From: an uncultured Lachnospiraceae bacterium
Lineage (GTDB): Bacteria; Bacillota; Clostridia; Lachnospirales; Lachnospiraceae
Assembly (NCBI GenBank): GCA_964425065.1
Contig: CAYRLN010000001.1
Span: 1 to 37,479 of the forward strand
Reading direction: 5' to 3'
DNA: 37,479 nucleotides
The notes beneath the pieces are model-generated. The model ran no database searches, was not told the origin of the DNA, and worked only from the letters and a program-made list of their open reading frames with translations. Of the stretch, positions 1-8,929 are shown in pieces. The first letter of the stretch is position 1; each line of letters begins with the position of its first letter. Both the position numbers and the translations under genes were made by a program.

Positions 1-1161
1 AAAGGTATTTTATATTTCCCCAAGATTAACATGGAGTACGAGTCCATTGAAGGTGTCATCAAACTTTACAATAATCAGGTATTTATTGCAGATAACATCA
101 AAGAGGTCATTCCGGAATTCCTGATGCTCTTAAAGGGCGTAATCGATTGTCCCGATTTACCTTTGAACGTATCCAGAAGTGCGCTGCAAAATGATGGTTT
201 TGTAAAGAAAATTTCCGACTACATTACAAAGAAAGTGGCAGATAAACTGTCCGGTCTTTGCAAGACAGAAAAGGAAGAATACGAAAAGTATTGGGATGAT
301 ATCAGTCCATTCATCAAATTCGGATGCCTGAAGGATGATAAGTTCTGTGAGAAGATGACAGATTATATTCTGTTCAAGAATTTGGATGGCAATTATATGA
401 CCCTTCCGGAGTGCCTGGAAGTAAACAAAGCAGACCCTGACGAGGTTTCAGAGGAAAATGCCACCGACGAAAATGGTGAGAAGGTGGAAGCAGAAATTGT
501 GGACGTTGAGGATGCTTCCGGCGAGGGTGATGAGGAAAAGAAGGAAAAAGTTATTTATTATGCAACCGACCTTCAACAGCAGAGCCAGTATGTAAATATG
601 TTCAAAGCGGCTAAAATGGATGCGGTAGTACTCACACATAGCATTGACCAGCCTTTTATTTCTCAGTTGGAAGCAAAAAATGAAGGTATCAAATTCCAGA
701 GAATTGATGCGGATTTGACAGAGACGTTTAAATCCAAAACATCTAAAAAAGCAGAGAAGGAAATGGAAGAACAGGCAACCGCCATCTCTGAAATCATGAA
801 AAAAACGTTGAAGAAAGAAAAACTTCAGGTAAAAGTAGAGAAACTGAAAAACAAAAAGATTTCCGCTGTGATTACTCTTTCCGAGGAAAGCCGCCGGATG
901 CAGGATATGATGAAGATGTACGCCATGAACGGTATGGATATGGGCATGTTTGGTTCGGAGGGAGAAACCCTTGTACTGAATGCGAACCACCCGTTGGTAC
1001 AGTATGTGACAACCCATCAGGACGGTGAGAACGTACAGATGATTTGTGAGCAGCTTTATGACCTTGCAAAAATCCAGCACGCACCTTTGAGCGCAGAGGA
1101 AATGACCAAATTTGTTGCCAGAAGTAATGACATTATGATGCTTTTGGCAAAGGAAAATTAA
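1..1161 (+). CDS. htpG: Molecular chaperone HtpG (Hsp90), 5'-truncated by the window edge
   Basis: Frame open from base 1 (KGILYFPKIN...). Hsp90 middle-domain motifs IKLYNNQVFI, LKGVIDCPDLPLNVSRSALQ and C-terminal LVLNANHPLV. Stop TAA at 1159-1161. Confidence 0.95.
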   Translation, partial: KGILYFPKINMEYESIEGVIKLYNNQVFIADNIKEVIPEFLMLLKGVIDCPDLPLNVSRSALQNDGFVKKISDYITKKVADKLSGLCKTEKEEYEKYWDDISPFIKFGCLKDDKFCEKMTDYILFKNLDGNYMTLPECLEVNKADPDEVSEENATDENGEKVEAEIVDVEDASGEGDEEKKEKVIYYATDLQQQSQYVNMFKAAKMDAVVLTHSIDQPFISQLEAKNEGIKFQRIDADLTETFKSKTSKKAEKEMEEQATAISEIMKKTLKKEKLQVKVEKLKNKKISAVITLSEESRRMQDMMKMYAMNGMDMGMFGSEGETLVLNANHPLVQYVTTHQDGENVQMICEQLYDLAKIQHAPLSAEEMTKFVARSNDIMMLLAKEN

Positions 1162-1171
1162 GGAGCAAGGC

Positions 1172-1675
1172 ATGAACAATCAGCTTACTGCAAGTGATAT
1201 CAAAAAAATGGAAGAGGAAATCGAATACCGAAAACTGGTGGAACGTCCCAAACTCTTAGAGGATGTAAAAGAAACCAGGGCTCACGGAGACCTCAGTGAA
1301 AATTTTGAATATCATGCTGCAAAAAGAGCGAAAAACCGTAATGAAAGCCGGATCCGTTATCTGGAGAGGATGATTCGTACAGCAGAAATTATATCGGATG
1401 AATCCAAAGAGGATGAGGTAGGAATCAATAACACGGTTACGGTGGAATTTGTGGAAGACGGATTGCAGGAGGTTTATCGCATTGTAACTACAGTAAGAGG
1501 GAATTCTTTGCAGGGACTGATTAGCAATGTGTCTCCTTTGGGAAGTGCGCTTCTGGGCCATAAGGAAGGCGATGTGGTCCATGTGGAGGTAAATCCCGGT
1601 GTGGGTTATGATGTAAGGATTGTGAAAATCGAAAACACGGATGATGACAGCATGGACAGACTCCGCGGTTTTTAA
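1172..1675 (+). CDS. greA: Transcription elongation factor GreA
   Basis: HGDLSENFEYHAAK coiled-coil tip with the two acidic residues; ISNVSPLGSALLG C-terminal motif; AGGAG RBS overlapping the htpG stop. Confidence 0.93.
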   Translation: MNNQLTASDIKKMEEEIEYRKLVERPKLLEDVKETRAHGDLSENFEYHAAKRAKNRNESRIRYLERMIRTAEIISDESKEDEVGINNTVTVEFVEDGLQEVYRIVTTVRGNSLQGLISNVSPLGSALLGHKEGDVVHVEVNPGVGYDVRIVKIENTDDDSMDRLRGF

Positions 1676-1690
1676 ATGACAGAAAAAATG

Positions 1691-1750
1691 AAACTTCCGT
1701 ATGCGGAAAGGTAGAGATAAACGCTCCAATCTGCATACGGAAGTTTTTTT
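1691..1750. terminator. Probable bidirectional intrinsic terminator between convergent greA and sleC
   Basis: AAACTTCCGTATGCGGA (1691-1707) / TCTGCATACGGAAGTTT (1730-1746) inverted repeat with one G-U pair, a T7 run after it and an A-rich run before it. Confidence 0.8.
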
Positions 1751-1810
1751 GTGACAGTGACGAAGAGAGCACCATCGCGGGTGCATGAAAGGGCATTCGC
1801 CGGCAACGCA

Positions 1811-3094
1811 TCAACCCGGTTCTGCAATCCGGCTGACACCCACGTAAATACGTGAGATTGCATACCAGGTGGCAAAATCCACCACACCTGTGACGGGAAG
1901 AGAAAAAATACGCTGGAAGGTGCGGACGGAGTCTTCGGTAAGAGCACCGAAGATGCCGTCGGGAACCAAGGTGGGCAGGGCGGGATAGTTTTCCGCAATG
2001 CGGTTTAACTGCTGCTGCATCTGGCGCACTTTTTCTCCGGAGGAACCTATGGTCAAATTGTATCCGGGGAAAGAGGAGGGCACACCGGAAATTTGCTCCG
2101 CAGTAGCAATATACATATCATTGCCGTAATAGTAACGGATGATTTCTATGGCGGAATAACCCTCGTCACCAAGGTATTTGGAACCCCACTGGCTTAAGCC
2201 CTCGCAGGTGGTGCGGTTGCCGTCACAGTAGGAGGTGAAGATGGGCTGTCGCACACCCGGCCTTGCCAGATAATTATTAAAAATGTTGTCTACAAGAATG
2301 TCGATGTTTTCATAAGTGTTCCGGCCGTAAATCCATTTTTGGTCATAAGCGGTGCTGGAGGTAATGGTAAAATCATAACCCCGGTTCCGGTACCACTCCG
2401 TGTAAACACGATTTAAGGTAAAGGACATGATTGCCAGTACATTTGCATAAATGGTGGCTTCCGGCCAAGTAGAATAGATTTCCGAGGAGGCCACGTTTTT
2501 AATGTAATCCGTATATTTCACCCAGTAGTTGGGGGCGCTGCTGTCGGAGGGGACACCGTCATGCACAATGACATATTCCGGAATTACCACCCGGCTTAAG
2601 ACAATTTCGCCTGTTTCGGAAAGGGGCTTGATTTCTGCTTCCGGAATTTTGGGTGGGAAGTCGCCAAATAAGGTGTGCGGAGGGATGACAACAATTTTCT
2701 CGTCTTCATTCGTGACCTCCAGCGGATTCATCCGGATGGACTGGAGGGAGAATTCGTCTGCAAGCAGTTGGGAACCGAAAACCTGTACCGGTTCGTACCC
2801 CGGTGCGGTAACTTCGATATTGTATTCTGCATAGGGCCGGATTTCCGAAGGGGATAAAGAAAGGGCCAGAGGGGGAGTGGGCAGACTGATTTCCTCGGTA
2901 AGCCCGGACTCATCGGTGGTTAAGGTTGCAATGACCTCGGTGGGATTTGCAGTATCGGAAATGGTAACCGTGGCCCCGGAAATGGGAATGATGCCTAAGG
3001 AAGAAAAGACATTAATCCGCAGGGTGCCGGTGTTGTCGGTGCCGTTTACCTGTGCGGAATGTAACATGGGGGATGAGTATGTTTGATTGGACAT
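1811..3094 (-). CDS. sleC: SleC-type spore cortex-lytic enzyme precursor with C-terminal peptidoglycan-binding domain
   Basis: PPHTLFGDFPPKIPE pro-region; VVIPEYVIVHDG, DYIKNVASSEIYSTWP and SFTLNRVYTEWYR core motifs typical of clostridial SleC; PG-binding-1 domain (GSSGEKVRQMQQQL...DGIFGALTEDSVRTFQ). Start moved from 3109 to ATG 3094 because AGAGG lies 6 nt upstream. Confidence 0.85.
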   Translation of the reverse strand: MSNQTYSSPMLHSAQVNGTDNTGTLRINVFSSLGIIPISGATVTISDTANPTEVIATLTTDESGLTEEISLPTPPLALSLSPSEIRPYAEYNIEVTAPGYEPVQVFGSQLLADEFSLQSIRMNPLEVTNEDEKIVVIPPHTLFGDFPPKIPEAEIKPLSETGEIVLSRVVIPEYVIVHDGVPSDSSAPNYWVKYTDYIKNVASSEIYSTWPEATIYANVLAIMSFTLNRVYTEWYRNRGYDFTITSSTAYDQKWIYGRNTYENIDILVDNIFNNYLARPGVRQPIFTSYCDGNRTTCEGLSQWGSKYLGDEGYSAIEIIRYYYGNDMYIATAEQISGVPSSFPGYNLTIGSSGEKVRQMQQQLNRIAENYPALPTLVPDGIFGALTEDSVRTFQRIFSLPVTGVVDFATWYAISRIYVGVSRIAEPG

Positions 3095-3136
3095 AAAAAA
3101 CCTCTGCATATTTACTTAAAGTAGTATATGCAGAGG
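3095..3136 (-). terminator. Intrinsic terminator of the GntR-ABC operon, overlapping the sleC RBS
   Basis: Minus strand: CCTCTGCATAT-ACTACTTTAAGTAA-ATATGCAGAGG-TTTTTT; 11-bp perfect stem plus U6, 15 nt after the permease stop. Confidence 0.8.
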
Positions 3137-3151
3137 CTGTAAAATATTTGC

Positions 3152-4045
3152 TTAGTCTAAGTTTAATTTACTCTTTGAGATGTACTCGCAGATGAAGAAG
3201 CATGCGATGACTTCCACGACGGCAAGCGCCAGACTGACATAATAGAGAGGCATCATGGCTGCAAAGGGAGCAAACATTGCTTCAAAAGGAGAGAATGTCA
3301 GGGCGGATTCCATCATCTCAAGATCCGTCACCAGATTAAAGGTAACCGGAAGTACGGCAATGGAAGTGATGGTCTGCACAAGGGTGGTTACCACCAAATA
3401 GGCGATAATGGAAGCGGCAACTTTATGCTTGCGGAACAACTGACCGATGCAAATGCAAAGGTAGATGAGCAGCATGCCGGAAAAACTTCCTGTAAGTAAA
3501 ATCAGTAAAAATACAAAGAGGAAGCCGCCGACGGAGATACCACCGTATTCTTTGAAGATAGCATTTATGGTGGGCATGATTCCGTTAAATGCTTCGGAAA
3601 CCTCAGCCCAGTCCGCATCCCCCAGCAATGTGCGCATAAACACGCGCATAAGCAGGAAAATGGAGATAATCATCAAGGAAGATGACAGGAAATTCCAAAA
3701 GGCACTAATCAGAGTCTTGCTCCAAATCAGTTTTCTGGGCGTGGTAGGCAGAGTAAACATCAAATAGCCTTCGTCCGTATACAGATTTTTGTAAAAACGG
3801 ATGGCAAAATAAATCATGATTGCATAGGCACTGATAATAATTGTTATAAAGTAAGTGATGAGAATTGCCACTGCAATAAAGTCCATGAAAGTCATATCGG
3901 CAGAATTGGTACCTGCCAGTTTCTGCCACATGGGCATTTTAAAAGAGAGCGTGCCCAACAGGGTCATAAGTACGGTGAAAAGACATAAAGCTGTAGGCAT
4001 CTTCCAAGTGGAACGCCATTCATGTTTTAATAATTTGCCTAACAT
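3152..4045 (-). CDS. ABC-2-type transporter permease
   Basis: MLGKLLKHEWR start, about six hydrophobic segments, RFYKNLYTDEGYLMFTLP...LIWSK motif; overlaps the ATPase gene. Confidence 0.85.
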   Translation of the reverse strand: MLGKLLKHEWRSTWKMPTALCLFTVLMTLLGTLSFKMPMWQKLAGTNSADMTFMDFIAVAILITYFITIIISAYAIMIYFAIRFYKNLYTDEGYLMFTLPTTPRKLIWSKTLISAFWNFLSSSLMIISIFLLMRVFMRTLLGDADWAEVSEAFNGIMPTINAIFKEYGGISVGGFLFVFLLILLTGSFSGMLLIYLCICIGQLFRKHKVAASIIAYLVVTTLVQTITSIAVLPVTFNLVTDLEMMESALTFSPFEAMFAPFAAMMPLYYVSLALAVVEVIACFFICEYISKSKLNLD

Positions 4046-4740
4046 GCGAACACCTCCCTAAACAATGCATCTACGGATTTGCCGTGATTTTCGCGGATAT
4101 CGTCCACGGAAGTCTGGAGAACCAACTGACCGTAGCGAAGGAAGATTACCTCATCCAAAATATTTTCAATATCGGTAATCAAATGAGTGGACAGCAAGAT
4201 GGTGCCCTCGGGATTGTAGTTGTTGATAATGGTCTTTAAAATATAATCCCTTGCTGCGGGGTCTACACCGGCAATAGGCTCATCCAGGATGTAAAGCTGT
4301 GCGTTACGGCTCATAACTAAGATGAGCTGTACCTTTTCTTTGGTACCTTTGGATAAAGTTTTCATTCTTGCCTTGGGGTCAATACCCAGGGTCGCAAGCA
4401 TGGAATATGCTTTTTCGGTAGAAAAATCGGCATAGAAATCGGCGAAAAATTCTACCAGCCCCTGCACAGTGGAACTGCCGCTAAAATAAGGGCGCTCCGG
4501 CAAGTAGGAAATCAGGGCCTTGGTCTCAGGACCCGGCTGCATGCCGCGGATACGGATACTGCCCTGTGTAGGTGTGAGAAGCCCGTTTATCATTTTGATT
4601 AAAGTGGTTTTGCCGCTGCCGTTGGGACCGAGCAGACCGATGATTTTCCCTTCGGGAATCGCAAGGGTCAGGTTGTTGACGGCGATGTTGCGGGCATCAT
4701 AGGCTTTTACCAAGCCTTGAATCTCAACAAGATTGTTCAT
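4039..4740 (-). CDS. ABC transporter ATP-binding protein (YtrB/YhcG-like)
   Basis: Walker A GPNGSGKTT, signature LSKGTKEK, Walker B LYILDEP, H-loop LSTH. Confidence 0.95.
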   Translation of the reverse strand: MNNLVEIQGLVKAYDARNIAVNNLTLAIPEGKIIGLLGPNGSGKTTLIKMINGLLTPTQGSIRIRGMQPGPETKALISYLPERPYFSGSSTVQGLVEFFADFYADFSTEKAYSMLATLGIDPKARMKTLSKGTKEKVQLILVMSRNAQLYILDEPIAGVDPAARDYILKTIINNYNPEGTILLSTHLITDIENILDEVIFLRYGQLVLQTSVDDIRENHGKSVDALFREVFAC

Positions 4741-4745
4741 AATTG

Positions 4746-5111
4746 TTACCCCTCCTGAACTGCTTTTTCGATAAACTCAATAATTTGTTCTTTTGTAAAA
4801 CCCAGTTCCAGCATTTTCTCAATGAACTGATTTAAATGCTCGCGTGCAATATTCATTCTTATAGCGTTAATCATTTCCGTGTCCTCCGTTACATTGCGCC
4901 CGTTGGTGCGCTGAGTGATAATCAGACCGCTTCGCTCCAGTTCCGCGAAGGCTTTTTGCATCGTATTCGGATTAACAGCTGCCTCAGCAGCCAATTCCCG
5001 GACACTGGGAAGCTTTCCGCCGGGTGGATACTTTCCGGATACAATCTGCATCTGAATACGTTCAACCAATTGTGCATAAATTGGTCTGTCTGAATCTAAA
5101 GTCCAAGCCAT
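4746..5111 (-). CDS. GntR-family regulator, YtrA subfamily
   Basis: RPIYAQL...PGGKLPSVRELAAEAAVNPNTMQKAFAELERSG winged HTH with a short C-terminus; precedes ABC genes; AGGAGG RBS. Confidence 0.95.
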   Translation of the reverse strand: MAWTLDSDRPIYAQLVERIQMQIVSGKYPPGGKLPSVRELAAEAAVNPNTMQKAFAELERSGLIITQRTNGRNVTEDTEMINAIRMNIAREHLNQFIEKMLELGFTKEQIIEFIEKAVQEG

Positions 5112-5126
5112 ATATTACCTCCTATT

Positions 5127-5162
5127 TGTATTATTGTATCACGCTCTTAATACAATAATACA
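5127..5162. promoter_or_regulatory. Palindromic operator for the YtrA-type GntR regulator
   Basis: Perfect 13-bp inverted repeat TGTATTATTGTAT-N10-ATACAATAATACA, resembling the long TGTA...TACA palindromes of YtrA-subfamily sites. Confidence 0.8.
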
Positions 5163-5182
5163 CCATAGAAAGAAAATGTCAA
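5155..5182 (-). promoter_or_regulatory. Sigma-A-type promoter of the GntR-ABC operon
   Basis: Minus strand TTGACA-N16-TATTAT; the -10 lies inside one operator arm. Confidence 0.65.
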
Positions 5183-5255
5183 CAATAAATTAAAATTTTA
5201 AAAAAAATGATGAAAAAAGCACGCTAAAAAACTTCATCTTAATGCCATTTTACAA

Positions 5256-5285
5256 TTGCCTTATATAATAGAGAAATGGTATAAT
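5256..5285 (+). promoter_or_regulatory. Sigma-A-type extended -10 promoter of the DUF5717-like operon
   Basis: TTGCCT-N18-TATAAT with TG at 5277-5278 (TGnTATAAT). Confidence 0.65.
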
Positions 5286-5337
5286 ATTCGGTGTTCAAGG
5301 CAGGACCGGTTTTCTGCCGGTTATACTAAAGCAAAGC

Positions 5338-8300
5338 GTGGTGAGCATGATGAGAAAAGTGATTGAACAGATACTTGAGGGAAACTTTGATTATGACAAT
5401 GGTTCTCTCGATTTTTCATGCTCAAAAATAGAGTTACATGCAAGACCCGGAGAGGATGTGGAAGGGTCTTTTCAAATTTATGGAAACAGTGGGAAAATGC
5501 TGGAAGGAGAAGTTTATTCTTCCGATCCGCGCATGGAGTGCCTGACCAAATCTTTTGTGGGAAACGGTGAAGAAATCGCATATCATTTTCATTCTGAAAG
5601 AGTGGCAGAAGGGGAAGTGATAAAAGGCGAGTTTTATGTAATCAGCAATCAGGGTGAGTATTACCTTCCTTATGTTATCAGTATGGGGCATACCCAGATT
5701 GAGTCTTCGCTGGGCAATGTGAAAAATTTGTTCCACTTTGCCAATTTGGCAAAGGGACACCCCGATGAGGCGGTTAAATTATTTTATTCTGCGGATTTCA
5801 TAAGAATATTGAGCGGAAGTGAAAGACAGTATTATCAGGTATACGAGGGATTGTCCGGCTGCGTGGGAAACCGGCAGAATATGGAAGAGTTCCTCATTAC
5901 AGTCAATAAAAAACAAAAAATAGAATATCTGACCGAGGAGGCAGAAATCCGCCTTGACGACCCGGATGAGGTTTCGGAATGCAGCATTGGAATTGCCAAA
6001 AACGGTTGGGGATATGTAAATTTGCAGGTGGAGACAGAAGGGGATTTTCTGTACACGGAAAAGGAAATCCTGACGGATAATGACTTTTTGGGGAATAAAT
6101 GCAGATTATCCCTGTATGTGGACAGTGCACTGCTCCACGAAGGGAAAAATATGGGGTGCGTTATCCTGAAAAGTGCCTATGACCGTATGGTTGTGCCGGT
6201 GACCGTTTACAAAGGTTTATCTTCGCGCAGAAGCAGATACAGTGTGGAAAAGAAGAGGCTTACGGTACAACTGATGGAGTATTATCAGGCTTTCCGCATG
6301 AAAAAAATCAGCGCCGCAACCTGGTTAAAGGAAACGGGAAGACTGGTGGAGCATATTGTCGCCATGGATGAAGATGATGTGACCGGAAAATTGTTTCAGG
6401 CGCATATGTTGATTACCCAGGAAAGAGATAATGAGGCCGGATGGCTTTTGGACCAGGTGCAGGATGTTCTGGAGAGCGGAGAGAAAGAGGATTCCGTGAC
6501 TTGGGCATATTATTTGTATTTGACAACTTTGGTCAGCAAGGACGAAGAGTACATAAACAGAGTTACTGACCGGGTGGAAAAAATATACAAAAAGAGTCGG
6601 GGTGAATGGAGAATCGCATGGCTTCTTTTGTATCTTTCTGAGGAATACGGAAAGAGTCCCACCAAAAAAATGGTATTTTTGGAAGAACAGTTTGAAAGGG
6701 GCTGCACAAGTCCGGTAATATACATTGAAGCATTAACGTTGATTCACGCAAATCCGGCGCTCCTTATGAAACTGGGCGGATTTGAAAAGCAGCTTTTATT
6801 GTATGCGGCAAAAAAAGAATGGCTCAGCCGCGAAATCGTAGACCAGGCGGTGTACCTGATTGGCAAGAGCAGGGAATTTTCAGCGGTTACCTATCATTTC
6901 TTAAAAGCGGCTTATGATTTTAAGCAGGATGAAGCGGTACTGTATGAGATTTGTACCATGTTAATCCGCGGCAACAAGACGGGGCCGGATTATTTCCCGT
7001 GGTATGCCAAGGGAGTGGAACACAATCTGCGGATCACCAGATTATATGAGTATTATATGATGTCTGCGGATTTGAACAGCACAGAACCTTTGCCAAAGAT
7101 TGTTATGATGTATTTTTCCTATCAGAACAGTCTGGACTATGAGCGCAGTGCTTTTCTCTATGCAAATGTGTACCGGAACCGGGAGAAGTTCCCGGAGCTG
7201 TATGCAAATTACAGGAATGTCATTGAGCAGTTTGTAATCAGGCAGATTTGCAGCCAGCACATCAATAAGGATTTGGCTTATCTGTATAAAAATATTTTGG
7301 TTCCGAGAATGGTGAACGAAGAGGTTGCGGTCAATTTGGCAAGGCTTATGTTCGTACACCTGATCAGGACAGAACGCAAGGATATCAGACAGGTGGTTGT
7401 ATACCAGCCGCTGGCCGGAAAAGAACATGCATATCCGATGGTTGACGGCAAGGCGTATGTACCTCTGTTTGGCAGCGAGTATACGGTTCTTTTGGAGGAC
7501 AAGCACAGGAACCGGTACGGCAGCAGTGTGGCTTATACCACGGAGAAAATGCTTTTGCCGGGTAAAATCGCGAAAGATATTTCCCCTCTTGTGGAAAATG
7601 TGACCGGATACAATGTTTACATGTGTATGAACGGAAGAGAACTTGCGGAAGTGACCGGGGAAAATGTGGCGAGATTTAACTATCTGATGTGGGATGAATC
7701 GATTTTGCCCCGGTACAGAAACGAAGTGATTCTGAAATTGATGCACTATTATTATGAGCATGATTTGATGGAAGAACTGGATGCCCATTTAGACGACGTG
7801 GACTATGAAAGTCTCTCTGCAAAAGGCAGGGGTGAAATCCTGAAATATTTGATTTTGCGGGGAAAACTTGCGCAGGCTTATGAACTGGTAATCCGTTTCG
7901 GTTATTACCATGTGGAGCCGAAGGTGTTGCTCCGTCTGTGCAGTGTGCTTCTGCATAGGAACGGTATGACAGAAGACAGTTCCATGACGGATATACTGAT
8001 GTTTATTTTCCGCAAAGGGAAGTATGATGAACGTACCCTTGCGTATTTGGGACTTTTCTATAAGGGAATGACAAGGGAATTGCGTGATATATGGAAAGCA
8101 TCCAGGGAAATGGAACTGGATACACGGGAACTCAGTGAGCGTATACTGGTCCAGATGCTTTTTACAGGGTCTTTTGTAGGGGAAAAGATGCAGATTTTTG
8201 ATGACTACATAAAGTCCGGTCCGGATGCGGAAGTGGAAGCAGCCTTTTTATCCCAATGCGCTTACGATTATTTCGTGAAAGATAAAATAACGGAGAGTTA

Positions 8301-8910
8301 TGTGTTTGAGCAGATGTATTACAGTTATTTGCGGGACGGAGTGCTTCCGCAGGTGTCGAAATTGGCGTTGCTCAAATATTATGCGGAAACCATTGTGGAG
8401 AAACTGGAAGGAATGCAGGAAACGCTGGAGCAATTTGCGGTAGAAATGGTTTACGGCGGTATTTACCTGAAATTCCTCAAAGAGTACTGTGACAATGACC
8501 TGATGATGGGAAAAATTTTGGACAAGACCATTGTGGAGTACCATGCGCACCCCGGTGCCCGTGCAATTATGCACTATGTCATCGAAAGGGACGACAGTGA
8601 GGAAAGCGAATATATCGCCGAAGAAATGCACCATGTGTACGGCGGCGTCTTCTTTAAGGCTTTTCCTCTGTTCTTTGGAGAAAGTCTGCAATATTACATT
8701 GTGGAGGAAATGAATGGACAGGAGCATCTCACAGAGAGCGGAACCATTCAGAAGAGTGACATTGAATCGGCTACCTTAGAGGGTAAATTCAATATGATTA
8801 ATGATATCGTAATCGGAAATACACTGCAGGATTTCAACACGGTGGACGATCTGATGAACGAATATTATTACAAAGATTATATGTGCGAGCGATTGTTCCG
8901 CTTGCAGTAA
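5338..8910 (+). CDS. Large hypothetical protein, DUF5717-like (beta-rich Ig-like N-terminus, long helical TPR-like body)
   Basis: 1190-aa ORF; motifs such as SNQGEYYLPY, RITRLYEYYM and LFFGESLQYYI and its position before a DUF5716-like gene match my recollection of this Lachnospiraceae family. True start may be ATG 5347 or 5350. Confidence 0.75.
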   Translation: MVSMMRKVIEQILEGNFDYDNGSLDFSCSKIELHARPGEDVEGSFQIYGNSGKMLEGEVYSSDPRMECLTKSFVGNGEEIAYHFHSERVAEGEVIKGEFYVISNQGEYYLPYVISMGHTQIESSLGNVKNLFHFANLAKGHPDEAVKLFYSADFIRILSGSERQYYQVYEGLSGCVGNRQNMEEFLITVNKKQKIEYLTEEAEIRLDDPDEVSECSIGIAKNGWGYVNLQVETEGDFLYTEKEILTDNDFLGNKCRLSLYVDSALLHEGKNMGCVILKSAYDRMVVPVTVYKGLSSRRSRYSVEKKRLTVQLMEYYQAFRMKKISAATWLKETGRLVEHIVAMDEDDVTGKLFQAHMLITQERDNEAGWLLDQVQDVLESGEKEDSVTWAYYLYLTTLVSKDEEYINRVTDRVEKIYKKSRGEWRIAWLLLYLSEEYGKSPTKKMVFLEEQFERGCTSPVIYIEALTLIHANPALLMKLGGFEKQLLLYAAKKEWLSREIVDQAVYLIGKSREFSAVTYHFLKAAYDFKQDEAVLYEICTMLIRGNKTGPDYFPWYAKGVEHNLRITRLYEYYMMSADLNSTEPLPKIVMMYFSYQNSLDYERSAFLYANVYRNREKFPELYANYRNVIEQFVIRQICSQHINKDLAYLYKNILVPRMVNEEVAVNLARLMFVHLIRTERKDIRQVVVYQPLAGKEHAYPMVDGKAYVPLFGSEYTVLLEDKHRNRYGSSVAYTTEKMLLPGKIAKDISPLVENVTGYNVYMCMNGRELAEVTGENVARFNYLMWDESILPRYRNEVILKLMHYYYEHDLMEELDAHLDDVDYESLSAKGRGEILKYLILRGKLAQAYELVIRFGYYHVEPKVLLRLCSVLLHRNGMTEDSSMTDILMFIFRKGKYDERTLAYLGLFYKGMTRELRDIWKASREMELDTRELSERILVQMLFTGSFVGEKMQIFDDYIKSGPDAEVEAAFLSQCAYDYFVKDKITESYVFEQMYYSYLRDGVLPQVSKLALLKYYAETIVEKLEGMQETLEQFAVEMVYGGIYLKFLKEYCDNDLMMGKILDKTIVEYHAHPGARAIMHYVIERDDSEESEYIAEEMHHVYGGVFFKAFPLFFGESLQYYIVEEMNGQEHLTESGTIQKSDIESATLEGKFNMINDIVIGNTLQDFNTVDDLMNEYYYKDYMCERLFRLQ

Positions 8911-8929
8911 CGGGAAAGGAAAAAGAACT

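Noticed and set aside
1672..1998. Alternative-frame 108-aa ORF over the sleC 3' end, suggesting a frameshift extension
   Set aside because: sleC ends cleanly after a complete PG-binding domain; the ORF crosses the terminator and has no motif.
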